64,000 nucleotides of DNA from an uncultured Gammaproteobacteria bacterium (GCA_947259885.1 CAMYNW010000014.1:993-64992), one strand, 5' to 3'; positions 49,288 to 60,199 are shown, numbered from the stretch's first letter. Made by a program: numbers and translations. Notes: generated by a model not told the origin, from the letters alone.

Positions 49288-51630
49288 TTAGAGGCCTGAA
49301 CGGATTCTGCCAAGGTCATCGAGTTCGAGTGTAATCAGGAACCTGTCTTTAAACTCTCCAGCACCATCAAGATACCTCTGGGCGGTAGTCCTAACCGCCC
49401 AGCAGCAGCCGTCATAACTAATCCCAATTGCAGCGGCTCGAAGGTCGCTATCTTCAAGCGAATAGGCGCTTTGGACATCCAGTTGCCAACGTGGCCCCAA
49501 TGGCGTTTCAAAATCCAGGTTGACTTGCTCTGAGCCACCGATAACCTCAGAATATGCAATAGACGCGTTTCGCCGCAGGCTGTTATTGTAGTCCGCGGCG
49601 AAACGTAATACACCAAAATCATCTAGTTGATTGTCCCAAAGGGTAAATCCGGTAAGGCTCCAATCTTGATTGAGATTAGCCGTCAATTCCGCGATAAAGT
49701 CGGAGGTATCTTCGGTGTCAGGTTCAGCTTCAGGATCCAAACTTATGACACGATCGGAAATGTAGAAAATCTGTCCCAGGCTTAGTTTCATTCTCTGACT
49801 ACCGTCGTTATCGTTGACAATTCGACTAGTCAAACCGAGGCTGACCTGCTCGGTATCTCCGACACGGTCACCACCGAAAAATCTGTTTTCCCGGAAAAAC
49901 TGACCAAAACTGCTGGGAGTGTTTTCGCCGGTATCAAAGATCGGAAAATCATTCTGCTCAGATTTATCGGGAACATTAAGATAATAAAGTCTGGGTTCAA
50001 GAGTCTGAAAATACGGCGTCCCGCCAGATTCAAAAAGTCGCTCAAAAGTCAGGCCGCTGTCAATGCTATATGCTGGAATAGAGGCGGACGGTGAGCTATC
50101 AGATTCTGCGTTATCAAGAGAATAGCTGATGCTGTAAAGTGATATCCGGGGTTCGATGTAGCCGTAGATTTTCTCAAGTGGTGCTGAAATGTAAGGATTC
50201 AGTCTGGTACGAGAACCGGTCACGCGGGTGCCATCGTCCGCATCGAATTGGGTAAAGTTTGTCAGAACGCCGCCTTTGAACACACCGAGCTTTTGCGGTT
50301 TCAGGTTGAAGTTTACCGACGGTAATATATCGAATGGCAAACTGGACTCATCGATATCATTATTAACGGACTCAACACTCTGCACTCGGGCATTGAAATT
50401 AATATACTCTCCATTGCGGGATAGCCTTGCCCTTTGTGGCACATAGCTTGAAGCAACAATATCCACGTTATTTGCGAAGTCCCGCAGATACTCACTGTCT
50501 GATACTTCTTGCAGATCGACTTCAGCACGCCAGTCATCGGCAAAGGTTTGTCGGTGATCAAAACCAAAGGCATAGCGGTCTTCATTAAGAAACTCATCAT
50601 CTGATGGTAGAAATTCTGCCTTGAGCGAACCTTCAGTGTCTTTGGCGATATATCTTAACTCTGAATAGAGTTGAACTCCGCGTTTTGCCAGAATCCGCGG
50701 GGTAATCGTGGCATCCACCTGCGGTGCGATATTTATGTAGTAAGGAACTTCCAGGATAAAACCAGAATTGGTTTCACTACCGATTGCAGGAAACAGAAAA
50801 CCAGTTTTCCGTTCATCGTTTATTGGAAAAGAAACTGTGGGAAAATAAAAAATTGGCACATTTTTTAGTCGTACTGTCATATTCTTGGCCGTTCCAATGC
50901 CAGAGGCATGATCGAGCTCAATTCTTTTGGCGCTTAACGTGACATCCTCATTACCATCAGCGCAAGTAGTCATCACCGCATTCTGCAATACTTGGAAATC
51001 TTTTCCTTCAAATTGTATTGATTCTCCGGCGGCTCTTGCGCGCTGGTAGTAAACCTTCTCCTTCTCCTCATCAGACTTTTTCTGTTTCCTTATATCGACT
51101 CTATTGCGAAAGGGCGCAAAAACCGAATAGTCCTCAACAAATCCTAAACTGCGACGATTTAGATACTCTGGGTTGGTGTCAACAATTTTAATTTTGACCT
51201 GCTCTGCATTCCCGATGAACGTATCGACTTCGATGTTCATTGAATCAGCCTGAATTTCATCCCCATTGGAAGTATAAAATTTGACGTTTCCACTGGCCAA
51301 TGCCTGGTAACTCTCCTGGTCGTACTCTATGTTATCGGCATATACACCACGATTTCCTTGTATCACCTGGGCGTTACCCCGTAATGTGATTTTTGATCCA
51401 TCGTCGGTTTCAATCTCGTCGGCCTGAATAGCCGTAGGTTGTTCGTCCAGATTCCCTCCAGGGGCATCACGCAGTGCCTGTGGCACATCGATAAGGCCAG
51501 GCATACAGACCGCAATATCGGCAAACCCCACAGGCTCACCCTCTTGAGCATTAACCAGTATCGGCGCTGTTCCAAGAGACAGACTGAACAAGCTAACGGA
51601 CAAGAACTTCAGATAGTTTCTGTGGATCAT
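49288..51630 (-). CDS. lptD: LPS assembly protein LptD
   Basis: RKTGFLFP, PYYINIAP..DAT.TP, QTLEPRLYY..VP..QN..P.FDT, NRF.GGDR.GD, YDGCCW. Confidence 0.95.
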   Translation of the reverse strand: MIHRNYLKFLSVSLFSLSLGTAPILVNAQEGEPVGFADIAVCMPGLIDVPQALRDAPGGNLDEQPTAIQADEIETDDGSKITLRGNAQVIQGNRGVYADNIEYDQESYQALASGNVKFYTSNGDEIQADSMNIEVDTFIGNAEQVKIKIVDTNPEYLNRRSLGFVEDYSVFAPFRNRVDIRKQKKSDEEKEKVYYQRARAAGESIQFEGKDFQVLQNAVMTTCADGNEDVTLSAKRIELDHASGIGTAKNMTVRLKNVPIFYFPTVSFPINDERKTGFLFPAIGSETNSGFILEVPYYINIAPQVDATITPRILAKRGVQLYSELRYIAKDTEGSLKAEFLPSDDEFLNEDRYAFGFDHRQTFADDWRAEVDLQEVSDSEYLRDFANNVDIVASSYVPQRARLSRNGEYINFNARVQSVESVNNDIDESSLPFDILPSVNFNLKPQKLGVFKGGVLTNFTQFDADDGTRVTGSRTRLNPYISAPLEKIYGYIEPRISLYSISYSLDNAESDSSPSASIPAYSIDSGLTFERLFESGGTPYFQTLEPRLYYLNVPDKSEQNDFPIFDTGENTPSSFGQFFRENRFFGGDRVGDTEQVSLGLTSRIVNDNDGSQRMKLSLGQIFYISDRVISLDPEAEPDTEDTSDFIAELTANLNQDWSLTGFTLWDNQLDDFGVLRFAADYNNSLRRNASIAYSEVIGGSEQVNLDFETPLGPRWQLDVQSAYSLEDSDLRAAAIGISYDGCCWAVRTTAQRYLDGAGEFKDRFLITLELDDLGRIRSGL

Positions 51631-51752
51631 GTTGGAGACAGTGAGGTGGCGAGTTCGATAAGCGGATTATAGGGTTTCAACCGTTTATAATCCACGTTGA
51701 CAATATGTTCTGTCACATACTATCAATACCAACTATGACTGAGATCCGGCGG

Positions 51753-52454
51753 ATGAAAACGGCAATGATTTTGGCTGCCGGGCGAGGACAAAGGCTGCGA
51801 CCGCTCACGGATACAACTCCAAAGCCGTTAATCAAAGTTGGGTCGCGTTCATTGGTGGAGCATCACCTTCGAGCCCTGAAAGAGGCGGGGTTCACTGAAA
51901 TTGTGATTAACCTTTGCCATCTCGGCGAAAAAATTAGTAAATATCTTGGTGATGGCGAGCGATTTGGCGTCAAAATCAGTTATTCCTGGGAACCTCCCGG
52001 TGCGCTCGAAACGGCAGGTGGCATTCGGCATGCTCTAGAATTACTCGATACGGATCAGTTTTTAGTGGTGAATGGAGATATTCGATGTGATTTAGCGTTT
52101 GAGAATCTCACCCTGCCAGACGATTCTGCCATGCATTTAGTTCTGGTACCTAATCCTGCAGATCATATTGAGGGTGATTTCAGTTTAGACTCTGCATTTT
52201 CGCCAGCACGTCTTTGTATCCAAAACCCGGACGGTCCAACCTACACATTCTCTGGAATCGGCATCTATAAAAGATCTGTTTTTCAGGGCTTGTTAGACCG
52301 GGTCCAGCCCCTGGCTCCTATTATTGCGCAAAACATCAAACTCAATCTGGCTACCGCTGAGATCTACCAAGGACACTGGTTTGATATTGGCACTGCAGAG
52401 CGACTTGCGAAAGCGCGTGAAGCTGAACCGGTTCAGTCGATTGAATCCCATTGA
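51753..52454 (+). CDS. murU: N-acetylmuramate alpha-1-phosphate uridylyltransferase
   Basis: AMILAAGRGQRLRPLTDTTPKPL, LETAGGI, FLVVNGD, LV.NP..H..GDF, TFSGIG, W.DIGT.ERL; divergent from lptD. Confidence 0.85.
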   Translation: MKTAMILAAGRGQRLRPLTDTTPKPLIKVGSRSLVEHHLRALKEAGFTEIVINLCHLGEKISKYLGDGERFGVKISYSWEPPGALETAGGIRHALELLDTDQFLVVNGDIRCDLAFENLTLPDDSAMHLVLVPNPADHIEGDFSLDSAFSPARLCIQNPDGPTYTFSGIGIYKRSVFQGLLDRVQPLAPIIAQNIKLNLATAEIYQGHWFDIGTAERLAKAREAEPVQSIESH

Positions 52455-53059
52455 AACTGCTTTTGCATTGTGTCAATTAAATCGTCACCAACTTGACGAA
52501 TGTTGTGGTGTATTCCTAAATCAGTGAGCTGTGTAACCGTCATTCCCGGATATCCACACGGGTCAATCAACTGAAATGGTGTGAGATCCATGTCCACGTT
52601 GAGGCTTAGTCCATGAAAGCACTTGCCGTTGCGGATTCGCAGGCCAAGGGCGGCAATTTTAGCGCTATTGACGTATACCCCAGGAGCACCTTGCCTTCGT
52701 TCACTTAAAAGTCCATAACTACCTAACAATTGGATAATCGCCTGTTCCACATGGTTGACTAATGATTTTGGACCAATCCCAAGGCGTTTAATATCGAACA
52801 GTAGATAAGCAATTAATTGCCCTGGCCCGTGATAGCTGATCTGACCCCCACGACTGCTCTTTACCACCGGAATACCGGTCGGATTTGTGCGCGGCTGTTG
52901 GTTACAACTAGTTCCTTGTGTGAAAACAGGATGGTGTTGCAATAACCACAGCTCATCGTCGGTGTCTTTGGTGCGACCGTCGGTGAATGCAAGCATTTCA
53001 TTGGCCACCTGAACATAGTCTCGAAAGCCGCTCCTGCGAATTCTGCAGGACTTGTTCAT
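52433..53059 (-). CDS. lipB: Octanoyltransferase LipB
   Basis: HHPVFTQG, RGGQISYHGPGQ, KIAALGLR, HGLSLNV, I.PCG. Confidence 0.95.
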   Translation of the reverse strand: MNKSCRIRRSGFRDYVQVANEMLAFTDGRTKDTDDELWLLQHHPVFTQGTSCNQQPRTNPTGIPVVKSSRGGQISYHGPGQLIAYLLFDIKRLGIGPKSLVNHVEQAIIQLLGSYGLLSERRQGAPGVYVNSAKIAALGLRIRNGKCFHGLSLNVDMDLTPFQLIDPCGYPGMTVTQLTDLGIHHNIRQVGDDLIDTMQKQFQWDSID

Positions 53060-53340
53060 ATCACCATTAAAATATCCGGATGCTCGGTGAGAGTGACGAA
53101 TACTTTATCAAGTTCCGGTCGGTTATCAGCACGAACTCTGCAGCTGAGTGAATGATAATTACCCTTTGCGCTTTCCTTTATTCGAATTGACTCAACCTGA
53201 TCCGGTTTTAAATGCAGTTCAAGCAGCTGACGGATTTGTTGTTCGAGTCGATCGCCTGCTCGGGCGAATACCTTTATATCCACCTGACAAGGGAACGTCA
53301 TGCCCTCGGTATCAGTATCTGTTGAAATCAATGATCGGGG
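53056..53340 (-). CDS. ybeD: YbeD/DUF493 family protein (start uncertain)
   Basis: FPC...IKVF, SAKGNY.SL, HPDI.MVI; lies between dacA and lipB. Confidence 0.85.
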   Translation of the reverse strand, partial: PRSLISTDTDTEGMTFPCQVDIKVFARAGDRLEQQIRQLLELHLKPDQVESIRIKESAKGNYHSLSCRVRADNRPELDKVFVTLTEHPDILMVI

Positions 53341-53354
53341 GGGCGTGTTGACGA

Positions 53355-54626
53355 TTAAAACAAACGTTTTACAGAGTCCAACAGCTTCGACCACCACGGT
53401 CCCTCGATATAATCATCGTCGACATATAATCTCTGCTCGAGCAGCGGCTCACCGCCATACTTGACCACGATCAAGCCTGCATCTGAACCTTTCTCGAGTG
53501 GGGCCTCTAGGCTCTCTGGTATATCGAGTGCCGCCGAGAGGTTGTCTTTCTGGCCTTTAGGAAACACCAGACCTAAATGTCGATTCACGCTTAGACTTGC
53601 TTCGCTGACATCCCCCATCCAGAGCGGAACCGAGGTCACTTCATTACCAGGGGAGTAAAGGAGCAACCCATCATAGGCGGCATAACCGTATTGTAACAAT
53701 GACTGCACAGCATCAGCCCGCTGTTTTCGACTGTCGGCACCAGTGACAATAGCCATCAGCCGCATATCGTCTCTCTTCGCAGTTCCGACTAGACAATAAC
53801 CGGCAGCTTTAGTGTATCCCGTTTTGAGACCATCAACACTTGGATCCCTCCATAACAGAGAGTTGCGATTCTTCTGTGTGATATCGTTGTAGGTGAATTC
53901 TCTATTTGAATACAGCGTAAACAAATCAGGAAAATTACGGATTAAGGCTCGTCCTAAAATAATAATATCTTCAGCGGTTGAATAGTGATCGGGATCGGGC
54001 AGACCATTACTGTTCGTGAAGTGAGAATTAACCATTCCGAGTTCCGCGGCTTTGTGGTTCATACGCACTGTAAATCCCTCTTCACTGCCACCGAGGTGCT
54101 CGGCGAGTGCTACTGAAGCGTCGTTACCGGATTGAATGATTAATCCCTTTAGGAGACTTTCTACCTCGACGCGGGTATCGACCTGTATGAACATTCTTGA
54201 GCCACCTGTTTTCCACGCCTTTTTACTGACATAAACCTGATCTGTCAGCTTTATTTCTCCCTTGGTTAGAGCTTCAAATACCAGAAAGCTGGTCATCAGC
54301 TTAGTCAGGCTGGCGGGTTCAATTCGCAGGTTGCGATTTTCGCTGCCGAGTATCCAGCCGCTTTCGAAATCGATCAACATCCATGATTTCGCGGCTATTT
54401 CCGGCGTTGGCACTACCGATTTAACCGAACCAGGAATTTCAGCCAGTCCGCCAGGACTTGGGTTGGACGCTACCGTGCCAGTGGTCTGGGCAAAAACATC
54501 GGTGCCGATGTTTACGGATACCAAAGGTAATGCTGTCAACATTACCAATAGAACGGAGAAAGCGTGCAGAAAGTGTTTCAATGTGGTTTTTATGGCGTTG
54601 TTTCCGAGAAAATTATACCGATTCAA
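53355..54626 (-). CDS. dacA: D-alanyl-D-alanine carboxypeptidase (PBP5/6)
   Basis: PASLTK, SGN, KTG motifs; GGSRMF. True start is probably downstream of 54626. Confidence 0.9.
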   Translation of the reverse strand: MNRYNFLGNNAIKTTLKHFLHAFSVLLVMLTALPLVSVNIGTDVFAQTTGTVASNPSPGGLAEIPGSVKSVVPTPEIAAKSWMLIDFESGWILGSENRNLRIEPASLTKLMTSFLVFEALTKGEIKLTDQVYVSKKAWKTGGSRMFIQVDTRVEVESLLKGLIIQSGNDASVALAEHLGGSEEGFTVRMNHKAAELGMVNSHFTNSNGLPDPDHYSTAEDIIILGRALIRNFPDLFTLYSNREFTYNDITQKNRNSLLWRDPSVDGLKTGYTKAAGYCLVGTAKRDDMRLMAIVTGADSRKQRADAVQSLLQYGYAAYDGLLLYSPGNEVTSVPLWMGDVSEASLSVNRHLGLVFPKGQKDNLSAALDIPESLEAPLEKGSDAGLIVVKYGGEPLLEQRLYVDDDYIEGPWWSKLLDSVKRLF

Positions 54627-54775
54627 ACGGTATATTGTACTGGCAATAACATGACAAATTTTTAGCCGGCATTACATCATTACGTAGTCATTCAGCGACA
54701 GTAGCTCGGGTAAGTTGATTAATCATAAGTGACGACCCCTCGCAGGTGGTCGCAGACTTCATTTCGCCATGGCAC

Positions 54776-55663
54776 TTAAATTTCCTTAAGCTGGATATTT
54801 TCACCTGTCAAAAGTTGCAGTGCTGCTTTTGCACTTTCCGCTGCGGAACGCTCAGGAAAGGGCCCCGCGATGACTCGATACGGTGAGCCATTCTGCGCAA
54901 GTTCCTGATCAGATTCAGGTCTGACAGGATACCCGTTCTGCCGTAGCTGTTTACGAAGATCTAGTGCGTTCGCTAGTTCGGAGAAGGCCCCAATTTGCAG
55001 GGCAAATCCACCGTGTGCGGATTGAATACCTGTGCCTGCCGTACCCGTATATTTTTGCCGTGGCGCCTGAGTAACTGCTGCAACCTGGGGATCTAGTGCC
55101 ACCACTTCTACCCGGCCCGTCCCAGCGCCGCTTATCCCTAATTTCCATGCTGCGGCATAGGAAAGATCGATCAATCTATTGTGCAAGAATGGGCCACGAT
55201 CGTTGACTTTGACAACAACCGTTCTGCCATTGTCGAGATTGGTGACTCTAGCAAAGCTGGGTATTGGTAATATAGTGTGTGCGGCACTCATTGCAAACAT
55301 GTCATAAGGCTCCCCACTTGATGTGCGGCGTCCATGGAACTTTTTGCCGTACCATGATGCGGTGCCGCGCGCTGTATAACCTCGCGCATCAGCCATTGGT
55401 CGATAAGTCTTTCCAAGGGCTTGGTATGGTTTGTTGCCTGTTTTGCTGAGCGGTAACTTAACCGGTACTGCATCCGGTACGCTCGACAAGTCTTTATCGA
55501 TATTTGTTGGGGGCCTGTCTCCGCCGTAAAATCCACCCGGGGTGCTGGGGCGGACATCTTTACCTTGACACCCCGCAAGCGACAAGCATATCGCTACAAT
55601 CTTTAGCCAGTGCATGCAGTCGAAATGCTTTTGACGTTTGGCCGTCCTTAATCGCACCGACAT
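54776..55663 (-). CDS. rlpA: Septal ring lytic transglycosylase RlpA with SPOR domain
   Basis: Lipobox LAGC, ASWYG..FHG..T.SGE.YD, AAH..LP.P, VNDRGPF, IDLS; C-terminal LQIGAFS SPOR domain. Start near 55663 or 55615. Confidence 0.92.
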   Translation of the reverse strand: MSVRLRTAKRQKHFDCMHWLKIVAICLSLAGCQGKDVRPSTPGGFYGGDRPPTNIDKDLSSVPDAVPVKLPLSKTGNKPYQALGKTYRPMADARGYTARGTASWYGKKFHGRRTSSGEPYDMFAMSAAHTILPIPSFARVTNLDNGRTVVVKVNDRGPFLHNRLIDLSYAAAWKLGISGAGTGRVEVVALDPQVAAVTQAPRQKYTGTAGTGIQSAHGGFALQIGAFSELANALDLRKQLRQNGYPVRPESDQELAQNGSPYRVIAGPFPERSAAESAKAALQLLTGENIQLKEI

Positions 55664-55667
55664 TTGT

Positions 55668-56663
55668 TCAACCCTGTTGCTGATATCGAGCCCCAATCTG
55701 CAGCGATAACTCTGTGACCGCCATTGCATAGTTAATGCTGGGGTTGTAACGAGTAATTGCGTAGAAGTTTCTAAATCCCACAAAATAGCTTTTTCCTTGT
55801 TTCTGCGTCAGGGCAAGTAAAGCAACTTTCTTACTTGCGCCTCGAGAGTCAAAATCGACTTCCAAAGCGATGAGTTCTTGCGCTTTGATATTTGGCTTGG
55901 CACGCTTGCTGATACGTTCTTTGGCCGCATCAGACAAGTTGGAGTTAACCGACGCGAATATGCTCTGCCCACGTCGCCATCCATGTTCATTCAGGTAGTT
56001 CGCAACGCTGCCGATGGCATCTTCCATTTCATTCACAAGGTCTCGTTTGCCGTTACCATTAAAGTCAACAGAATACGCTTTGTAGCTCGTTGGCATGAAT
56101 TGTGGAATTCCAATAGCACCCGCATACGAGCCTAGGACAGTATCTGGCGCAATGTTTTCGTTTCGCGTGGTGTTGAGAAATGTTCTAAGCTCAGAACCGA
56201 AGAATTCACTGCGGCGAGGAAAGTCTGCGGTCAGCGTCACCAGACTATCAAGGACACGCCGATCTCCCATACGTGTACCGTAATGAGTTTCAACACCAAT
56301 CAAGGAAACAATCACTGCAGCTGGGACGCCATATTCTTTTTCGGCCGCGTCAAGTATCTCTTTATTCTGCTGCCAGAATTCAACACCCTTATCTATCCTT
56401 GCCTGGTTAATGAATATTTCTCGGTACTTATGCCAGGGCAATGCCTCATATTGGCGGTTCATCAGTTCGATTGTTTTCTGATCAACTTTTGCACCGGACA
56501 ATACTGACAACAATTGGTCTTTCGGGTAACCGTCCTGCTTGGTCATGGTTTGAACCAGTTCCATCAGGGCAGGATAATTGTTTACCTCAAGGGCGGAAGC
56601 TGATCCCGGCAGGCAAGTAAAAACGTAAACTACTAATGCATTAATGGGTGTGTTATTTATCAT
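55668..56663 (-). CDS. mltB: Lytic murein transglycosylase B
   Basis: IGVETHYG, GSYAGAIG.PQFMP.SY, AIGSVANY, ITRYN.S..YA. Confidence 0.93.
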   Translation of the reverse strand: MINNTPINALVVYVFTCLPGSASALEVNNYPALMELVQTMTKQDGYPKDQLLSVLSGAKVDQKTIELMNRQYEALPWHKYREIFINQARIDKGVEFWQQNKEILDAAEKEYGVPAAVIVSLIGVETHYGTRMGDRRVLDSLVTLTADFPRRSEFFGSELRTFLNTTRNENIAPDTVLGSYAGAIGIPQFMPTSYKAYSVDFNGNGKRDLVNEMEDAIGSVANYLNEHGWRRGQSIFASVNSNLSDAAKERISKRAKPNIKAQELIALEVDFDSRGASKKVALLALTQKQGKSYFVGFRNFYAITRYNPSINYAMAVTELSLQIGARYQQQG

Positions 56664-57778
56664 CTCGACAGTGCCCTTTTGTCGCTGTGAATACTCATCA
56701 GCATGCCAAAGCCAATCATTAGGGTAACCATCGAAGTGCCGCCATAGCTAATCAATGGTAGCGGTATTCCCACAACAGGCAGGATACCTGAAACCATGCC
56801 GATATTGACAAATACATAAAGGAAGAAAGTAACAGACAACGCCCCTGCCAATAATCTTGAATATGTCCCGCGTGCATAGAATGCAATCATTAATCCGCGA
56901 AATACCAGAAACAGATAAAGGCACAGCAATAACAGCACGCCGACCAGTCCAAACTCCTCTGCGTATACTGCGAAAATAAAATCTGTCGAACGCTCAGGAA
57001 TAAATTCTAGTTGTGATTGCGTGCCGCCGAGCCACCCTTTTCCGCTGACCCCACCTGATCCGATTGCGATAATTGATTGAATGGTATGGTAACCCGCTCC
57101 TAATGGATCCGCCCATGGATCAAACAACGTCAGAATGCGTCTTTGCTGGTAAGGGTGCAGTACAAAAAACCATAGCAGCGGCGCTATGGCTCCGAGGATT
57201 GCGCACACGCCCGCAATCAATTTCCAACCGATTCCCGCGAGAAAGATTACAATTACACCGGTAGATGCAATCAGAATGGCGGTGCCAAGATCCGGTTGCA
57301 GCACTACTAGGATCGTGGGCAACAGTACGATACAAATTGAAACGATCAAATAAGGAATTCTGGGTGGCAGATTGGATCTGGTCATGACCCATGCCACCAT
57401 CATTGGCACAGCCAGCTTCATAATTTCGGCGGGTTGAAAACGAAATACGCCAAGATCAAGCCATCGCTGCGCGCCTTTACCAATGAAACCAAAGGCCAGT
57501 ACGATAAACAAAAGAACCAATCCGAAGCCATATATATAGGGAGACCACCGCATCAGTGTCTGAGGTGAAATGCGGCTGAAAATCAACATCAGAACCAGAG
57601 CGAACGCGATGCGCAGGGATTGTCTGATTAACAGCGCCGTGCTTTCGCCACCGGCACTATAAATAACTACCAGGCTAAGTAAAAGTGTCATCAGAACTGC
57701 AGCGACCAGAGGCAGGTCCAGGGGCAGCGCTGAATCTGCCCGGTTGATGCTTCGTGTTGTGCCTGTCCAGCTCATCAT
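56660..57778 (-). CDS. rodA: Rod shape-determining protein RodA
   Basis: GAQRWL, FQPAE..K, QPDLGT, PE..TDFIF, G.PLP..SYGG. Confidence 0.95.
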   Translation of the reverse strand: MMSWTGTTRSINRADSALPLDLPLVAAVLMTLLLSLVVIYSAGGESTALLIRQSLRIAFALVLMLIFSRISPQTLMRWSPYIYGFGLVLLFIVLAFGFIGKGAQRWLDLGVFRFQPAEIMKLAVPMMVAWVMTRSNLPPRIPYLIVSICIVLLPTILVVLQPDLGTAILIASTGVIVIFLAGIGWKLIAGVCAILGAIAPLLWFFVLHPYQQRRILTLFDPWADPLGAGYHTIQSIIAIGSGGVSGKGWLGGTQSQLEFIPERSTDFIFAVYAEEFGLVGVLLLLCLYLFLVFRGLMIAFYARGTYSRLLAGALSVTFFLYVFVNIGMVSGILPVVGIPLPLISYGGTSMVTLMIGFGMLMSIHSDKRALSR

Positions 57779-57783
57779 GATTG

Positions 57784-59688
57784 CTATCCGGATTCCCTGG
57801 TATCAGCGCGGTTATTTACCAGTTTCCGTGTCTCTGCTTGCTCCGGAAACATGTCCAATCTATCCAATAGATAGTAGTCAATTAGTTTGCGCGCGATCGG
57901 GGCAGCGGTTCGACTGCCGCTACCAGCATGCTCAATCACCACTGCGATCGCAATTTTTGGATTATCAAGAGGCGCAAAGCCGACAAATAGTGAATGATCC
58001 CGAAACTTCTTCTCGGTATCTTTTTCCCGATAGGTTTCATTCTGGGCAATACTCTTGACTTGGGCGGTTCCCGTTTTTCCAGCCATTTCGTAGCGAATAT
58101 TTTTGTTGATTCGTCTCGCGGTTCCCTTCTTACCGTGGACAACATCATGCATAGCGTTGATCACCAGGTCATATGCTCTTTCGTTACCGGTTTCGATAAA
58201 TCCAGTTACTCTAGGCGGAATGTCTTCCCGGGTTTGGCTTTGTGGATTTTCTATTGCGGTCAAGAATCGTGGAGTAACCTGTTTGCCGCGATTGGCAAGT
58301 GTTGCAGTCGCGGCTGCAAGTTGAAGTGGTGTAACTAACATGTAGCCTTGACCAATACCAGTAATAATTGTTTCTCCTGGGTACCAGGGCTGCCCCCGAG
58401 CCTCAAGTTTCCACTTCTTTGACGGCATTAGTCCGCTTGGTTCTCCCAACAAGTCGATACCTGAAGGCTTGCCGAAGCCGAACCGACTCATGCCTTCGTG
58501 CATTAGGTCTATCCCGAGTCGCTTGGCAAGGCGGTAGAAATACACATCGCAGGACTGCACTATCGCATTGTGACCGTCGACAGTCCCATGCCCGGATTTT
58601 TTCCAGTCACGATAACGGTGCCTGTATCCGGGAAGCCGGTAATAACCGCCACAAAAGATCGAATTATCATGGTTGACACCGTTTTCCATTCCGACCAGAG
58701 CCATAAACCCCTTGATGGTCGAGCCTGGTGCATAGCGGCCATAGAGTGATCGATTCAGTAATGGACGTTCTTCGGAGGCGCGTAATACCGAGTAGTCTTT
58801 CTTACTGATGCCGTTGACGAATGGATTAGGGTCGTATCCTGGGACGCTGGCAAACGCCAGAACGTCACCGGTCTGCGGCTCTATGGCTACTACCGAGCCT
58901 TCGTAACCCTCAAGCGCTTCAACGCTCTTTCGCTGCAATGGAGTATCCAGGCTCAGGTGGATCGTTTTACCGGCGTCCGAAGCTATCTGCTCTAGACTCC
59001 GAATAACTTTTCCGTGCGCATTTGTCTCCACTCGCTCATATCCGGATCTACCAAGTAGAGTCGATTCATAGAAAGCTTCAATACCGCTTCTACCGATGTA
59101 CTCAAGTCCTCGATACTTCTTGTTATCAATCTGTTCTAGATCGTCAACACTGATACGCCCGACGTATCCGACTACGTGAGCGGTGAGATCTCCTTGAGTG
59201 TAATTCCGCTGCAGTCGAGCTTTAAGCTCAGCGCCAGAGTAACGATGCAGGTTTACCGCAAGTCGTGAAGCTTCTCTTTCGCTCAGGTTGGCGCGCAATG
59301 TTTGTCGCTCAAAAGAAGGACGACGGCGGAGCAAAGTGCGAAACCGTTCGAGATCCTCATCCGTCAGTTTTACAAGTCGGCCTAATTGATCCAGAAGTTT
59401 GTCCATATCAGGAACCTTGTCCGGCAAAATCTCAAGATTGTAGACGCGAAAGTTCTGGGCCAGGATAACTCCGTTACGGTCGTAGATCAGACCTCGCACT
59501 GGCGGCAACGGTACCAGGTCAACGCGATTATCCTGCGCTAACTTGTAAAAGCGCAGGTGCTCAGTGATTTGCAGATAACCGATTCTAAGAACAAGCAGCA
59601 ACGAAAGAAAAACGACAATGCCGAAAGTCAGCACGATCCTGTTGTGCACGATGCGGCTCTCCAGCAGATAGTTTCTTACCGGAATCAT
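57784..59688 (-). CDS. mrdA: Penicillin-binding protein 2
   Basis: RGLIYDRNG, PGSTIK, SCD, GIGQG, KTGTAQ. Likely ATG at 59688. Confidence 0.95.
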   Translation of the reverse strand: MIPVRNYLLESRIVHNRIVLTFGIVVFLSLLLVLRIGYLQITEHLRFYKLAQDNRVDLVPLPPVRGLIYDRNGVILAQNFRVYNLEILPDKVPDMDKLLDQLGRLVKLTDEDLERFRTLLRRRPSFERQTLRANLSEREASRLAVNLHRYSGAELKARLQRNYTQGDLTAHVVGYVGRISVDDLEQIDNKKYRGLEYIGRSGIEAFYESTLLGRSGYERVETNAHGKVIRSLEQIASDAGKTIHLSLDTPLQRKSVEALEGYEGSVVAIEPQTGDVLAFASVPGYDPNPFVNGISKKDYSVLRASEERPLLNRSLYGRYAPGSTIKGFMALVGMENGVNHDNSIFCGGYYRLPGYRHRYRDWKKSGHGTVDGHNAIVQSCDVYFYRLAKRLGIDLMHEGMSRFGFGKPSGIDLLGEPSGLMPSKKWKLEARGQPWYPGETIITGIGQGYMLVTPLQLAAATATLANRGKQVTPRFLTAIENPQSQTREDIPPRVTGFIETGNERAYDLVINAMHDVVHGKKGTARRINKNIRYEMAGKTGTAQVKSIAQNETYREKDTEKKFRDHSLFVGFAPLDNPKIAIAVVIEHAGSGSRTAAPIARKLIDYYLLDRLDMFPEQAETRKLVNNRADTRESG

Positions 59689-59692
59689 CGTT

Positions 59693-60199
59693 TCATCTGT
59701 CCTCAGCGATACCGCTTTGCTGCCGGGCATATCGAAGGATGGTATATACCACCGGCCAAACCAGGGCTGAAGTCAGGGCTGATTGCCAGAATATCAGACG
59801 CATGTCGACATCGTTTGTAAGGTGAAAAACCCAATTCACGAATGCGATTTCCACAGCACTGATAATAAACACAATTATGCACTGTTGCCATAGGTGATAC
59901 ATTCTCAGCCTACGATGTGCGGTAACAGCGATCATCGCAACAAATGCCTTGGTGATCGCATGCAAGCCAAATAGAGTATGTAACAGAAGATCGACTAGGA
60001 TTCCTGTGATCCAGCCGCTACCGACGCCGACCTTTTTTGGTGTCGCAAGGCACCAGTAAAACAATACCAGCGTGACCCAGTTCGGCACCGCGAAGAGCAT
60101 CCAGTCAGGATACGGGAGCACCGTAAGCAGCATCGCTATTGCCAGCGACCCTGGTATCACCCACCGGTAGCCAGTAGCAGAGGATCTTCTGGAAATCAT
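59693..60199 (-). CDS. mreD: Rod shape-determining protein MreD
   Basis: P.W..LVL.YW, G...DLL....G, QQ; position in the operon. Likely ATG at 60199. Confidence 0.9.
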   Translation of the reverse strand: MISRRSSATGYRWVIPGSLAIAMLLTVLPYPDWMLFAVPNWVTLVLFYWCLATPKKVGVGSGWITGILVDLLLHTLFGLHAITKAFVAMIAVTAHRRLRMYHLWQQCIIVFIISAVEIAFVNWVFHLTNDVDMRLIFWQSALTSALVWPVVYTILRYARQQSGIAEDR

